Below are positions 1-9,269 of a stretch of 64,000 nt of DNA, one piece after another. Position 1 is the stretch's first letter; each line of letters starts with the position of its first letter. Source of the stretch: Raoultibacter sp. (lineage in GTDB: Bacteria > Actinomycetota > Coriobacteriia > Coriobacteriales > Eggerthellaceae). The translations under genes were made by a program, and so were the position numbers. The stretch covers positions 7,652 through 71,651 of the forward strand of contig JAVWAI010000002.1 in NCBI GenBank assembly GCA_036650075.1, read 5' to 3'. The notes under the pieces were generated by a model. The model did no database searches, was not told the DNA's origin, and worked only from the letters and a program-made list of their open reading frames with translations.

Positions 1-501
1 TAGCAAACGAACCGCTTTGGCGGCAATCTCGTTCTCGACACCGCGCCATCCTGCATGCACGACAGCGAAATGTCCGGTCGGAGACACGATAATCACCGGC
101 ATACAGTCAGCAAAACAAAGCAGTGACGCAATGCGGGGGACGGCAACGATAACGCCATCAGCACCCTGGTCGGCATCCTGCTGTACATACGAGACGCTTT
201 CAGCATCCGACACCGTAAGCACCGTGTCGCCATGGATTTGGTTCGGAACAACGCAAGGGGCTTCTTCGACCCCGAAAGCCGCCCGAACAAGGCGCCTGTT
301 TTCCCGCACCTTTGCCGAATCGTCATCGACATGACTCCCGAGATTGAGAGAACCGTAGCCACCTTGACTCACCCCGCCACCGCGCTGCGTGAAAGCGACA
401 CGCACGCCAATCTGATCAAAAAGGCTTTCATCGGTCAAGGCGCAAACAGACATAAAACGACCCTCGGACAGACGTGGATTCACGAGTTCAAGGGTCGTCA
501 T
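1..501 (-). CDS. pgeF: PgeF/YfiH (DUF152) laccase-domain purine nucleoside phosphorylase family protein; N-terminal part, runs off the left edge
   Basis: Own minus-strand translation from ATG at 499-501: MTTLELVNPRLSEGRF...NQIHGDTVL...CFADCMPVIIV...HAGWRGV. The frame is open to position 1, and it is absent from the ORF track because there is no stop in the window. The NQIHG, CxDCxP and HAGWRG motifs are typical of the YfiH family. It lies directly downstream of ftsZ, as in actinobacterial dcw clusters. Confidence 0.85.
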   Translation of the reverse strand, partial: MTTLELVNPRLSEGRFMSVCALTDESLFDQIGVRVAFTQRGGGVSQGGYGSLNLGSHVDDDSAKVRENRRLVRAAFGVEEAPCVVPNQIHGDTVLTVSDAESVSYVQQDADQGADGVIVAVPRIASLLCFADCMPVIIVSPTGHFAVVHAGWRGVENEIAAKAVRLL

Positions 502-520
502 TTTATCCTGCAAAACAAAT

Positions 521-1663
521 TTAGCGCTGACGTTTCAGAAAGTCAGGGATGTAATCCTCGTCTGCAAAACGGCCATCTTGAGAAGAAGGCTGCTGATAGC
601 TGGGCTGTTGATAAGAGGGACGCGCCGGTTCTGTCTTATTGGACAGAGCCGCAGGCGCCGTCGACGCGAACATATCTTTGCGCGAGTAATCGCCCGGAGA
701 CTGCGCGGGGACCGATTTGAAACCGGTCGCGATAACGGTAATACGAATTTCGTCTTCAAGGTTTTCGTCGATAATCTGGCCATAGATAATATTGGCATTT
801 TCGTCGGCATAAGCCTCCACCGTACGAGCCGCTTCATCAACCTCGGTCAAGGTCAAGTCGGGACTACCCGCGATGGAGAACAGTACGCGGGAAGCACCCG
901 CGATGGAAGCTTCCAGAAGCTTGGAATCAATTGCCTGCTGAGCGGCTTCGAGCGCGCGGTTTTCACCACTCGATGCCCCGATACCCATCATAGCGGTACC
1001 GGCATCCTTCATGACCGTGCGAATGTCTGCAAAGTCGAGGTTGATCAAGCCGGGGATGGTGATAAGGTCGGTTACGCCCTGGATACCCTGGCGCAACGTG
1101 TCATCGGCAATGCGGAACGCGTCAAGCATACTCGTCTTCTTTTCGACGATTTCGAGCAAACGATCGTTCGGGATGACAATCAGCGTATCAACTTTCTGGC
1201 CGAGCAAGTCAATACCCTGTTCGGACTGATTGCGACGCAAGCGACCTTCAAAACTGAAAGGCTTAGTCACGATACCGACCGTCAAAGCCCCGATTTCCTC
1301 ACGGGCAATCTCCGCGACAACGGGAGCAGCACCGGTTCCGGTACCACCGCCTTCACCTGCGGTTACGAAAACCATGTCAGCTTCCGCTAAAGCTTCGCGA
1401 ATTTCTGCGCGGCTTTCTTCAGCAGCCTGGCATCCGACCTCTGGATTTGCACCGGCGCCCAACCCGCGTGTTAATTCTTCGCCGATATGGATTGTCTTAT
1501 CGGCATCGGACATGAGCAAGGCTTGACGATCGGTGTTTACGGCGATGAATTCGACACCCTTGATGCCAGCTTCCACCATGCGATTGACCGCATTTGTGCC
1601 GCCGCCACCAACACCGACTACCTTGATAACCGCCAAGTGCTCGGAACCTAGATTGTTTTGCAT
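521..1663 (-). CDS. ftsZ: Cell division GTPase FtsZ
   Basis: Track ORF 521-1675. It has the GGGGTNAV tubulin signature, the NTDRQAL motif and the conserved C-terminal peptide [11 protein letters not shown]. The track's first codon is a GTG that lies inside a GGAGGA Shine-Dalgarno. The ATG at 1661-1663 sits 5 nt after that SD, so I use it as the start. Confidence 0.97.
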   Translation of the reverse strand: MQNNLGSEHLAVIKVVGVGGGGTNAVNRMVEAGIKGVEFIAVNTDRQALLMSDADKTIHIGEELTRGLGAGANPEVGCQAAEESRAEIREALAEADMVFVTAGEGGGTGTGAAPVVAEIAREEIGALTVGIVTKPFSFEGRLRRNQSEQGIDLLGQKVDTLIVIPNDRLLEIVEKKTSMLDAFRIADDTLRQGIQGVTDLITIPGLINLDFADIRTVMKDAGTAMMGIGASSGENRALEAAQQAIDSKLLEASIAGASRVLFSIAGSPDLTLTEVDEAARTVEAYADENANIIYGQIIDENLEDEIRITVIATGFKSVPAQSPGDYSRKDMFASTAPAALSNKTEPARPSYQQPSYQQPSSQDGRFADEDYIPDFLKRQR

Positions 1664-1737
1664 GGTTTCCTCCACAAGTGCTGCGTTTTACAGTGCTGCG
1701 TTTATTTGCGTTTTCGTACATTATTTACATCAAAAGT

Positions 1738-1765
1738 ATTGTACACGATGCTTATTCATTTGCAA
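1738..1765 (-). promoter_or_regulatory. Candidate sigma70-type promoter for ftsZ
   Basis: Minus strand reads TTGCAA (1760-1765), a 16-nt spacer, then TACAAT (1738-1743). It is about 75 nt upstream of the ftsZ ATG. Confidence 0.5.
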
Positions 1766-1791
1766 ATTGCATCAGGGCTTATGGAGAAAAA

Positions 1792-1817
1792 GGGCACACG
1801 AAAAAGCAAATGCGCCC
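1792..1817 (-). terminator. Terminator-like hairpin at the ftsQ stop codon
   Basis: Minus strand reads GGGCGCA-loop-TGTGCCC (7 bp including one G-U pair) followed by TTTTTCTCC. It begins at the ftsQ stop. Confidence 0.4.
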
Positions 1818-2878
1818 TAGACCGACCTCCACGTCGGTCTATCGACGACACGCACGTTGATATAGGCAATTTTACCGGGATTGTCCTGGATTAGCTGGAG
1901 ACAGATACGTTCTTTGTCTCGAATGTCCTCCGCGGAACCGAAGGCAATCTGAACGCCGCTGTCGAGCGTCAAGGTCGTCATATCACCGCTCGTTGCGGAA
2001 ACGCTTTTGACCTGGTCTTTTAGACTCGTCGTCATGCCATCGATAACCTTGAGTGCATTGATGACGCTCGCGTCGGTACATACGCTGCCGATTTCCGGAG
2101 TAACCCCGTAGGGCACTTCGGTGATGAGAAGTGCAGCGTCGGCGTCGACATAAACCTGAGAACTTGTCGCCTTACCCTCTTCGGAATTGCGATCGGGAAT
2201 GGACATGAGCCATACGCCATCGGAAGACACGGCCCAGTTCTGCGTGGCCTGCGTCGCGCCCATCGGAACCTGCACCACCGCTGCAATAGTGCGTTCGGTT
2301 ATGGCAAGCTCGAGCGTATCGGGCAGAACTCGGTTGATGCTGGCATCTTTCACCCATGCATTTTGCAAAAGTCGGTTTTTGATTCCAGCGGCATCGACAC
2401 GAAGAAGCGTCGTATTGGCTGGCACCGAAGCAAGCTGCGTCATTTCAACAGATGTCAGATGTTGCACCCCCTTCACCGTCACGTTTGTGATGGCGAAGAG
2501 ATTGGAACTGTAGAAACCGATTCCCACCCCGAGCAGCACCGCGATTGTGAGGATGATAATTACCAAGCGCCGTATATAGCGACGGTAGTTTTCTTGGGCA
2601 CGTATCGTTGAGCTCGACGCGGGGATATCCCCAATACGAACGGAACGCACCGAAGTTGGTGGTGGGTTATATCCTCGTCTTTGAGGGTTGTAGCCCGGTT
2701 GCGACCGCTTAGATCCCCCCTGGGCACCTTGCGATCTGCGCGGATTCGTTTGCGGCATGCGGACACCACGCTGAGACCCCCCCGTTCGGGAGGAAGGCGC
2801 AGCTCCACTTCGAGTTCGCTGAGGCGAAGGCCTACGCGAAGCCGAGGAAGCGGACTTCCGGTTTGAGTTCGATGCCAT
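1817..2878 (-). CDS. ftsQ: Cell division protein FtsQ/DivIB with an Arg/Ser/Pro-rich N-terminal tail
   Basis: 353-aa ORF with a low-complexity basic N-terminus, one TM segment (LVIIILTIAVLLGVGIGFY) and then a POTRA/FtsQ-like ectodomain. It sits between murB and ftsZ. ATG at 2876-2878 overlaps the murB 3' end by 47 nt. Confidence 0.85.
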   Translation of the reverse strand: MASNSNRKSASSASRRPSPQRTRSGAAPSSRTGGSQRGVRMPQTNPRRSQGAQGGSKRSQPGYNPQRRGYNPPPTSVRSVRIGDIPASSSTIRAQENYRRYIRRLVIIILTIAVLLGVGIGFYSSNLFAITNVTVKGVQHLTSVEMTQLASVPANTTLLRVDAAGIKNRLLQNAWVKDASINRVLPDTLELAITERTIAAVVQVPMGATQATQNWAVSSDGVWLMSIPDRNSEEGKATSSQVYVDADAALLITEVPYGVTPEIGSVCTDASVINALKVIDGMTTSLKDQVKSVSATSGDMTTLTLDSGVQIAFGSAEDIRDKERICLQLIQDNPGKIAYINVRVVDRPTWRSV

Positions 2879-3758
2879 AGGTTTCTTTCACTTTGCTCTG
2901 AGCAAGTTCGATCAGCGTCATCACGTCGGCCGCTCTCGCATTATCTTTATTAATAATAAAGTTGGCATGCATATCGGAGATTTGCGCACCACCTTCCATC
3001 AGCCCTTTCAGGCCGACCCCCTCGATAAGAGCACCCGCACTCTTACCTTCAGGATTTCTGAAAACACTTCCACAAGAAGGATGTCGCAACGGTTGATTCT
3101 CCTTGCGACGAGCAAGGAGAGTTTCCATTTTACCGCGAATAGCATCAACGTTACCCGGCTGCACATGCAACACGCATTCGACGATCACTTCGTCTGCAGG
3201 AATCGACGAATGCCGGTATTCCCACACAATATCGCTTTGCTGGTAATGCTTCAATCCTTCCGTCGGTGAACACGTCGTGACCGAAACCACCTGCGCTCCC
3301 AGCCATTCATCGCGGCTCCCGGCATTCATGCGCACAGCTCCACCGAGGGTGCCCGGCGTACCGACCGCAAATTCAAGGCCGGAAAGACGGCCTTTAAGAG
3401 CTTCTTGCACCACCCGGGATAAACGCACCGCGCAACCGACAACGAAATGATGGCGTTCCGCGTCGTAAAAACACTGCTTGAAGTCACGTCCAAGCGCCAT
3501 CACGACACCCTTGAATCCGTCGTCTGAAACGAGCAGATTACTGCCCTGGCCGACAACGACCCAATCAAGGTTGCCTTGCGTACATATTCCAAGCACCTGC
3601 GAAAGAGCCGTCGTCGAATCGACTTCGATGAAAAACTGTGCCGGCCCCCCAATGCGGTACGTGGTATGACGCGCCATGGGTTCATCCCTACGCAATGAAC
3701 CGTCGAACGTTTCGTCGGAGCACAAAAGTTGTAACGCCGCCACGCTGTCGAAAGTCAT
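2832..3758 (-). CDS. murB: UDP-N-acetylenolpyruvoylglucosamine reductase MurB
   Basis: Track ORF 2832-3818. The sequence has HTTYRIGGPA and GxGSNLL FAD-binding motifs and a SCGSVFRNP motif. ATG at 3756-3758 (MTFDS...) is preceded by AGGAAG and lies after the murC stop at 3778. Confidence 0.93.
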   Translation of the reverse strand: MTFDSVAALQLLCSDETFDGSLRRDEPMARHTTYRIGGPAQFFIEVDSTTALSQVLGICTQGNLDWVVVGQGSNLLVSDDGFKGVVMALGRDFKQCFYDAERHHFVVGCAVRLSRVVQEALKGRLSGLEFAVGTPGTLGGAVRMNAGSRDEWLGAQVVSVTTCSPTEGLKHYQQSDIVWEYRHSSIPADEVIVECVLHVQPGNVDAIRGKMETLLARRKENQPLRHPSCGSVFRNPEGKSAGALIEGVGLKGLMEGGAQISDMHANFIINKDNARAADVMTLIELAQSKVKETYGIELKPEVRFLGFA

Positions 3759-3777
3759 CCGGATTCTTCCTGCTTTC

Positions 3778-5181
3778 CTATTGCGCTGGTTCGAGCGCAG
3801 CAATAAGCTGCGGCCCAACAGCCGTCACATCGCCTGCCCCCATGGTGATCAAAAGATCACCCGGCTGCATCTTCGAGAGCAGATAGGGCACGATTTCGGG
3901 ACGACGGGGTACATAGGCTGTCTGCGGATGACCGGGGTGATCGAGCACAACATTCATAAACGTTTTACCCGAAACCCCCGGGACCGGAGCCTCTCCCGCA
4001 GGATACACATCCATAAACGTCACCGAATCAGCTTCGTCGAAAGCAGAACCGAATTCATCTTTGAGCACCTCGGTGAAAAGCTTCACCCGCGAATAACGAT
4101 GAGGTTGAAACAGCACGTGCACGCGCTTGAAATCAAGTTGTTTCGCTGCAGCGATGGTTGCCGCGATTTCCGTGGGATGATGAGCGTAATCATCAACCAC
4201 GGTGATTTCGCGCTCGATTCCGACCAAATCAAAGCGGCGGCGTACGCCAGCAAATTCACCGAGCGCACAGGCGGCCTTTTCGACCGACAGGCCAAGCGCC
4301 CAGATAAGGCCAAGCGTACCTGCTGCGTTGAGGACGTTATGGCGACCGGGATTCTGTAAAACACTTGCGTGAACCAGGGTACCATCGGGAAAGCCTAAGT
4401 CGAAATCGCTGCCGATGCCGACGACCGTATAGTTGGAAATGGTGATGTCGAAATCGTTCCCAAAACCATACGAGAAAAATTCATGCCCCGTTTCGCGGGC
4501 AACCCGTACCAGTTCAGCATCTTCCCCGCAGACAACGACGATACCGTCGTCTGGAACCGACCCGATGAATTCGGCAAAAAGTTGATATATCTCAGCAAGA
4601 TCACTGTAATGATCAAGATGATCGGCTTCGATATTGGTAACGAGCACCGCGCGAGGATCGAGATAGGTGAACGACTTATCGCTTTCGTCAGCCTCGACCA
4701 CATAATAGTTACCCGATCCGGAATGAGCATTAGTTTGATATGCTCGAACGATGCCGCCAATGAGAAAACTGGGGTCTTCGCCCATCGTGTCGAGCACACT
4801 TGCCAGCATGGATGAAGTGGTGGTTTTACCGTGCGTTCCCGCAACGGCTAGCGTCTGCTTGTCGACACCGAGCGCCGCCAGCATCTTGGCACGATGCCAG
4901 ATTTCCAGTCCGCGCTCTTTTGCAGCGACCAATTCAGGATTATTCTCCAAGATGGCCGTCGACACCACGACAACATCGGGGTCATTCGCGGGAATATTTT
5001 CGGCACTATGCCCAATGGATATAGTGATTCCCGCTTCTTTGAGCTGACGCGTATAACGTGATTCTTTCAAATCGGACCCCGACACCTGCATACCCTGATC
5101 GTGTGCAACGTGTGCGATACCACTCATCCCCACACCGCCGATGCCGATGAAGTGAACTGTTTTAATGTGCCGTTCCGCCAT
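3778..5181 (-). CDS. murC: UDP-N-acetylmuramate--L-alanine ligase MurC
   Basis: Has FIGIGGVGMSGIA and GTHGKTTT motifs and the Mur ligase C-terminal domain. The track ORF starts at a TTG (5205). I prefer the ATG at 5179-5181 (MAERHIKTVHF...), but the start is uncertain by up to 8 codons. Confidence 0.93.
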   Translation of the reverse strand: MAERHIKTVHFIGIGGVGMSGIAHVAHDQGMQVSGSDLKESRYTRQLKEAGITISIGHSAENIPANDPDVVVVSTAILENNPELVAAKERGLEIWHRAKMLAALGVDKQTLAVAGTHGKTTTSSMLASVLDTMGEDPSFLIGGIVRAYQTNAHSGSGNYYVVEADESDKSFTYLDPRAVLVTNIEADHLDHYSDLAEIYQLFAEFIGSVPDDGIVVVCGEDAELVRVARETGHEFFSYGFGNDFDITISNYTVVGIGSDFDLGFPDGTLVHASVLQNPGRHNVLNAAGTLGLIWALGLSVEKAACALGEFAGVRRRFDLVGIEREITVVDDYAHHPTEIAATIAAAKQLDFKRVHVLFQPHRYSRVKLFTEVLKDEFGSAFDEADSVTFMDVYPAGEAPVPGVSGKTFMNVVLDHPGHPQTAYVPRRPEIVPYLLSKMQPGDLLITMGAGDVTAVGPQLIAALEPAQ

Positions 5182-5210
5182 AGTGTGCATCCGTCCTTTC
5201 TTCAATCAGG

Positions 5211-6326
5211 CTATTGTAGCGTGTTTGCGCTTGCGACACCTGCCGCACACACAACATCTGCCAACTTGGTCGCCGCATCCTGCGTTTTAAACGTCGCCGC
5301 AGCAAGGCGCATACTTTCCCGAAGATTGGCATCTTCGATCAAACCGAAAAGCAAGCGCTCGAATTCGGGAGTTTCCACCTGATTATCAGCAATCATGTAG
5401 GCCGCTTTTCGACCGACATACGCTTTTGCATTCGTCGTTTGATGATCTTCTGTCGCGTAAGGAAAGGGAACGAGCAGTGCGGGAATACGGCGCGCGGAAA
5501 TTTCGGCAAGCGAGGTAGCTCCCGCCCGCGAGACAACAATATCGGCTGCCGCCATGGTTTCACCCATGCGGTCTTGATATCCCATCACCGACCACCGCTC
5601 ACGCTCGGCATCGCTCAAGGAAAGCTGTTCGCAAACCGCCTCGTATTCTTTGGGACCGGTGATATGCACCACATGTAAATCGGGTATACCGAGCAATCTA
5701 TCTTTTAAGGCAGCGACAGCCGTGTTGATATGCCGCGCGCCCAAACTGCCTCCAAAGATGAGCAGCATCAACGATGATGCGGGCACTGCAAGCATCGAAC
5801 GACCCTCTTCGCGCGTGGAGTCAAAGAAGGATTGTCGCACTGGATTACCGGTGATAACGACCTTGGAAGAATCATCAACCGCCGAAGCGGCTACCTCATA
5901 GGTGAGTGCTACAGACACCGCACGTTTTGCGAGAAACTTATTCGCCATACCCATAACAGAATTTTGTTCATGCACCACCAGGGGAATACCTAAGCTTTTC
6001 GCCGCACGTCCCACAGGAATAGAAACATAGCCTCCAAAACCCACTACGACATCAGGTTTGATTTCCTTAAACCACTTCTTTGCAGCAAGGGTGCTTTTCT
6101 CGATTTTATAAAGCGCTTTAAAAATGCTCAACGGATGATTGCGATTGAATCCGGCGGCTTCAAAGGGAGTAAAGGGAATGCCCGCCTGCGCCACCAGACG
6201 CGCCTCGACACCTTGAGGTGTTCCGGCGAAGCGCACCCCACACCCCCGATCGGTCAGAATCTCAGCCAGCGCAAGTGCCGGGTTGATGTGCCCTGCAGTG
6301 CCGCCTCCAGAAAGTACCACCAACAT
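5211..6326 (-). CDS. murG: Lipid II synthase MurG (undecaprenyl-PP-MurNAc-pentapeptide GlcNAc transferase)
   Basis: SGGGTAGHINPALA N-terminal motif, GT28 family length, and dcw position. Confidence 0.95.
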   Translation of the reverse strand: MLVVLSGGGTAGHINPALALAEILTDRGCGVRFAGTPQGVEARLVAQAGIPFTPFEAAGFNRNHPLSIFKALYKIEKSTLAAKKWFKEIKPDVVVGFGGYVSIPVGRAAKSLGIPLVVHEQNSVMGMANKFLAKRAVSVALTYEVAASAVDDSSKVVITGNPVRQSFFDSTREEGRSMLAVPASSLMLLIFGGSLGARHINTAVAALKDRLLGIPDLHVVHITGPKEYEAVCEQLSLSDAERERWSVMGYQDRMGETMAAADIVVSRAGATSLAEISARRIPALLVPFPYATEDHQTTNAKAYVGRKAAYMIADNQVETPEFERLLFGLIEDANLRESMRLAAATFKTQDAATKLADVVCAAGVASANTLQ

Positions 6327-6328
6327 AG

Positions 6329-7777
6329 CTATCTCCTTGTATTTCGTGAATTATTCGATCTACTGCGCGACGCACCCGAAGACGAGCGCATACGATCCGA
6401 CGAACCCCGCGATGCGCCCGAGGAACCGCGCCGTGACGAAGAATTCGTATCAAGACGTGGTGCTCGAGGCTGAGAAGCCTGTGGAGAGCGCGGCTTTGTC
6501 CGTGAGGATGACCCCGAAGACCCCGTATGCGACTGAGGTGGCGCAGCCCGAACGACACGCAGATCGGCACGCCGCCGATCGTATACATTCGGCGTTTGCG
6601 CCCCGTAAGATACCGACAAGATAAGTCCAACCATGATAAAGGAAGCCAAAAGAGACGAACCACCCGACGAAATAAAAGGAAGCGGCTTCCCTGTCGTCGG
6701 CAGCAACCCGATTACGCAGCCAATATTGAGAAACGCCTGAAACACCACCATAACGGTCGTGCTGCCGGCAACCATCGCGCCGAAATTATCCGGTGCTCCT
6801 TTCGCAATTCGAATGCCCGCGTAGAGAACAGCCAAGAACAAAACGAGAACGACAACCGCTCCGATAAGCCCCAATTCTTCACCGATGATGGCGAAGATGA
6901 AATCCGTTTCCGCTTCAGGTAGGTAGAGATATTTTTCACGGGAATTCCCCAAACCAACCCCGAACAGACCACCTTCCGAAAAAGCGTAGAACGAGTGAAT
7001 CAGCTGATAACCGCCACCGTAGCCCGCTTCCCCATCGTTCCATGGATTAATGAACACCATGCGATCGGAGCGATAGCCGACAAAAAACGTCGCAATGATT
7101 CCAAGGCCGCAAAGCACCCCAATCGCGATCAGTATCGTCTTAAGCGGAACTTCACCGATCCACATGACAGCCAAAATACCGATGAGGCAAATGGCCGTCG
7201 TGCCCAAGTCAGACTGCGTCTTATAGAGAAACAGAATCGGTATCACGATGAGAACAAAAGTTTGGACCATCAGGTTTTTCGGGGTAAGCGCACCGTTGCG
7301 GAAATCGAAGAGAATACGTGCCGCCATGAGGACGAAAGCGATTTTTGCAAATTCGGATGGCTGCAAGCTGATAGGCCCGATATTGACCCAACGCTGGGCC
7401 CCGAGATCCGCAGTACCAATAGCGGCCGTCAGGATAATCAGGGCACAGGCGACACCCCACACAATCCAGGTCAGCTTACCAGCCCACCATCGATACGAAA
7501 CGAATCTTGCCACGAGGGCGCAGAGAATTGCACCGCCAACAGCGAACCCAATCTGTTTGAAGATATAGCTTGTCGCACCACCGGTTTCATTGATGGATTC
7601 AATCGAAGAGGCGGAATACACCATGACAAGACCAATTAAAGTCAGGGCGAATACCGACAGAATCAGCAAAAGACGCGGCACCATAATGGATGCAGCGACA
7701 CCATCGTGATTCTTCGCAACGGAAGAAGAGGAAGGCACTTTGGGATGTTTAGAAGATGTTGCGCGCTGAGTCATCAT
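6329..7777 (-). CDS. ftsW: SEDS-family peptidoglycan glycosyltransferase FtsW with a Ser/Arg-rich C-terminal tail
   Basis: Polytopic membrane protein with SEDS motifs (QPSEFAK, ETDFIF, GxLPTTGxPLPFISSGGSS). The track ORF reaches 7876 and overlaps murD. The ATG pair at 7772-7777 lies just after the murD stop (7785). Confidence 0.93.
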   Translation of the reverse strand: MMTQRATSSKHPKVPSSSSVAKNHDGVAASIMVPRLLLILSVFALTLIGLVMVYSASSIESINETGGATSYIFKQIGFAVGGAILCALVARFVSYRWWAGKLTWIVWGVACALIILTAAIGTADLGAQRWVNIGPISLQPSEFAKIAFVLMAARILFDFRNGALTPKNLMVQTFVLIVIPILFLYKTQSDLGTTAICLIGILAVMWIGEVPLKTILIAIGVLCGLGIIATFFVGYRSDRMVFINPWNDGEAGYGGGYQLIHSFYAFSEGGLFGVGLGNSREKYLYLPEAETDFIFAIIGEELGLIGAVVVLVLFLAVLYAGIRIAKGAPDNFGAMVAGSTTVMVVFQAFLNIGCVIGLLPTTGKPLPFISSGGSSLLASFIMVGLILSVSYGAQTPNVYDRRRADLRVVRAAPPQSHTGSSGSSSRTKPRSPQASQPRAPRLDTNSSSRRGSSGASRGSSDRMRSSSGASRSRSNNSRNTRR

Positions 7778-7784
7778 AAACCGA

Positions 7785-9266
7785 TCAAGCGCCCCGCACC
7801 GCAGCACGGGAAGCAACAAGCTTCTTGAATGCCTCTCCTCGCTGCTCGAAACAGGTGAATTCATCAAAAGAAGCACAGGCGGGAGAAAGCATCACGACAT
7901 CTCCCGCAATCGCAACATCGAGAGCACAATCGAGGGCACTCTCCAAACAACCGGCCAGAAAGTGCGGACAAGAAGCCGGCTCGAACGCCTCAAAAAAGCG
8001 AGGAGCAGCGGCTCCGAAGCAAACGACCGCCTTGCAATGCGCCTCTGCGGCAACAACCAGGTCGGTTAAATCAGTCCCTTTATCATCTCCGCCCAGCAAT
8101 ACAATGGGCGGCACTTCACCGAAAGCAGCGAGGGCCTTGAGCGTCGCATCGACATTGGTCGCCTTGGAATCGTTATAACATGCAACACCAGCAATGGACC
8201 CACAGGGCTCGATGCGGTGTTCGAGCGCCTTGAAGCTTTCGAGCCCTGCCCGTATATCTGCTATCTCGAGACCGAGAGAGAGGGCCACGCAAGCCGCCGC
8301 AAGAGCGTTGCTCGCGTTGTGTTCTCCCCTAACCTGCAAGGCATCAGCTCGAACAACATCATAGCTTTCATCACGAAAATCGACATGCAGCATACCATCT
8401 CGCAGATAGGCTGCATTATCGCTGCCACATGCGTCACGCATGCTCGCATCCAACCCACGCGCACAGCCGAGCGGCAGATATTCAAAGCCTCTCTGTGCTG
8501 CTGTTTGAGCACGGAATATCCGCACCTGCTTACGCACCTCGTCGTTAGTTGCATCAAGCACGCAAACCGAACCGTCAACCTGCGCCAAATTGGCGAACAC
8601 CTTAAGCTTCGCAGCCACGTATGCTTCGTGCGTTTTATGCCATTTGATGTGGTCGGGCGTAATATTGAGCAGAACCGCAACATTGGGAGCGAAGCGATTC
8701 GTCGACGCAAGCTGGTAGGAGGAAACCTCGGCGACAAACACGTCAGCCGCATCATCTTCCGCCACGGCCGCCAAGCAGGTATCGCCGATATTGCCCACCG
8801 CAAGTGCCCGAACGCCGCAAGCCTGCAATACGTGCGCGGTCAGAGCGGTGGTGGTGGTCTTGCCATTAGTGCCCGTTACCGCAACCCAGCGAGTTGAAGC
8901 CTTGCTTTCGCGCCAAGCGAATTCAACTTCACTGATGACTTCCGTAGAGGCCGCAACCGCACTGCGATAAAAATCCGAGAACTGGGAGATTCCCGGACTG
9001 GCGATGCACAAGTCGTAAGTACCCTCGATTTCATAGTGGTCGAAAAGCACCTCAGCACCACGCTCTTCGATATCCCTTGCGAATTCCTGCGCCGCATCGT
9101 TGCATGAACCGGCCGCAACGGCAAGATTTTCAACGCGATCACCCAGAAAGTCAAGGCAATAACATGCCGCGGCACGACCGCTTTTACCAAGACCCAAAAC
9201 AAGTACGCGCCCAAGACGTTCGGGAGCGTAATGACGATCGGCTATCAAAACCGGTGATGCTGCCAT
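7785..9266 (-). CDS. murD: UDP-N-acetylmuramoyl-L-alanine--D-glutamate ligase MurD
   Basis: VLGLGKSG Rossmann N-terminus, the VTGTNGKTTT P-loop, Mur ligase middle and C-terminal domains, and dcw position. Confidence 0.94.
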   Translation of the reverse strand: MAASPVLIADRHYAPERLGRVLVLGLGKSGRAAACYCLDFLGDRVENLAVAAGSCNDAAQEFARDIEERGAEVLFDHYEIEGTYDLCIASPGISQFSDFYRSAVAASTEVISEVEFAWRESKASTRWVAVTGTNGKTTTTALTAHVLQACGVRALAVGNIGDTCLAAVAEDDAADVFVAEVSSYQLASTNRFAPNVAVLLNITPDHIKWHKTHEAYVAAKLKVFANLAQVDGSVCVLDATNDEVRKQVRIFRAQTAAQRGFEYLPLGCARGLDASMRDACGSDNAAYLRDGMLHVDFRDESYDVVRADALQVRGEHNASNALAAACVALSLGLEIADIRAGLESFKALEHRIEPCGSIAGVACYNDSKATNVDATLKALAAFGEVPPIVLLGGDDKGTDLTDLVVAAEAHCKAVVCFGAAAPRFFEAFEPASCPHFLAGCLESALDCALDVAIAGDVVMLSPACASFDEFTCFEQRGEAFKKLVASRAAVRGA

Positions 9267-9269
9267 GAG

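Noticed and set aside
578-1390. Long antisense ORFs opposite clearly identified genes. Examples: 578-1390(+) opposite ftsZ, 27384-28187(+) opposite rplA, 30342-31301(+) opposite tuf, 53473-54276(+) and 54309-55325(+) opposite porB/porA, 55402-56244(+) opposite porD/porG, and 60960-61541(-) opposite the fused ABC gene.
   Set aside because: Their translations are low-complexity and Arg/Ser/Pro/Gly-rich with no recognisable motifs. They lie wholly within strongly supported genes on the other strand. This is the usual shadow-ORF behaviour of moderately GC-rich DNA.
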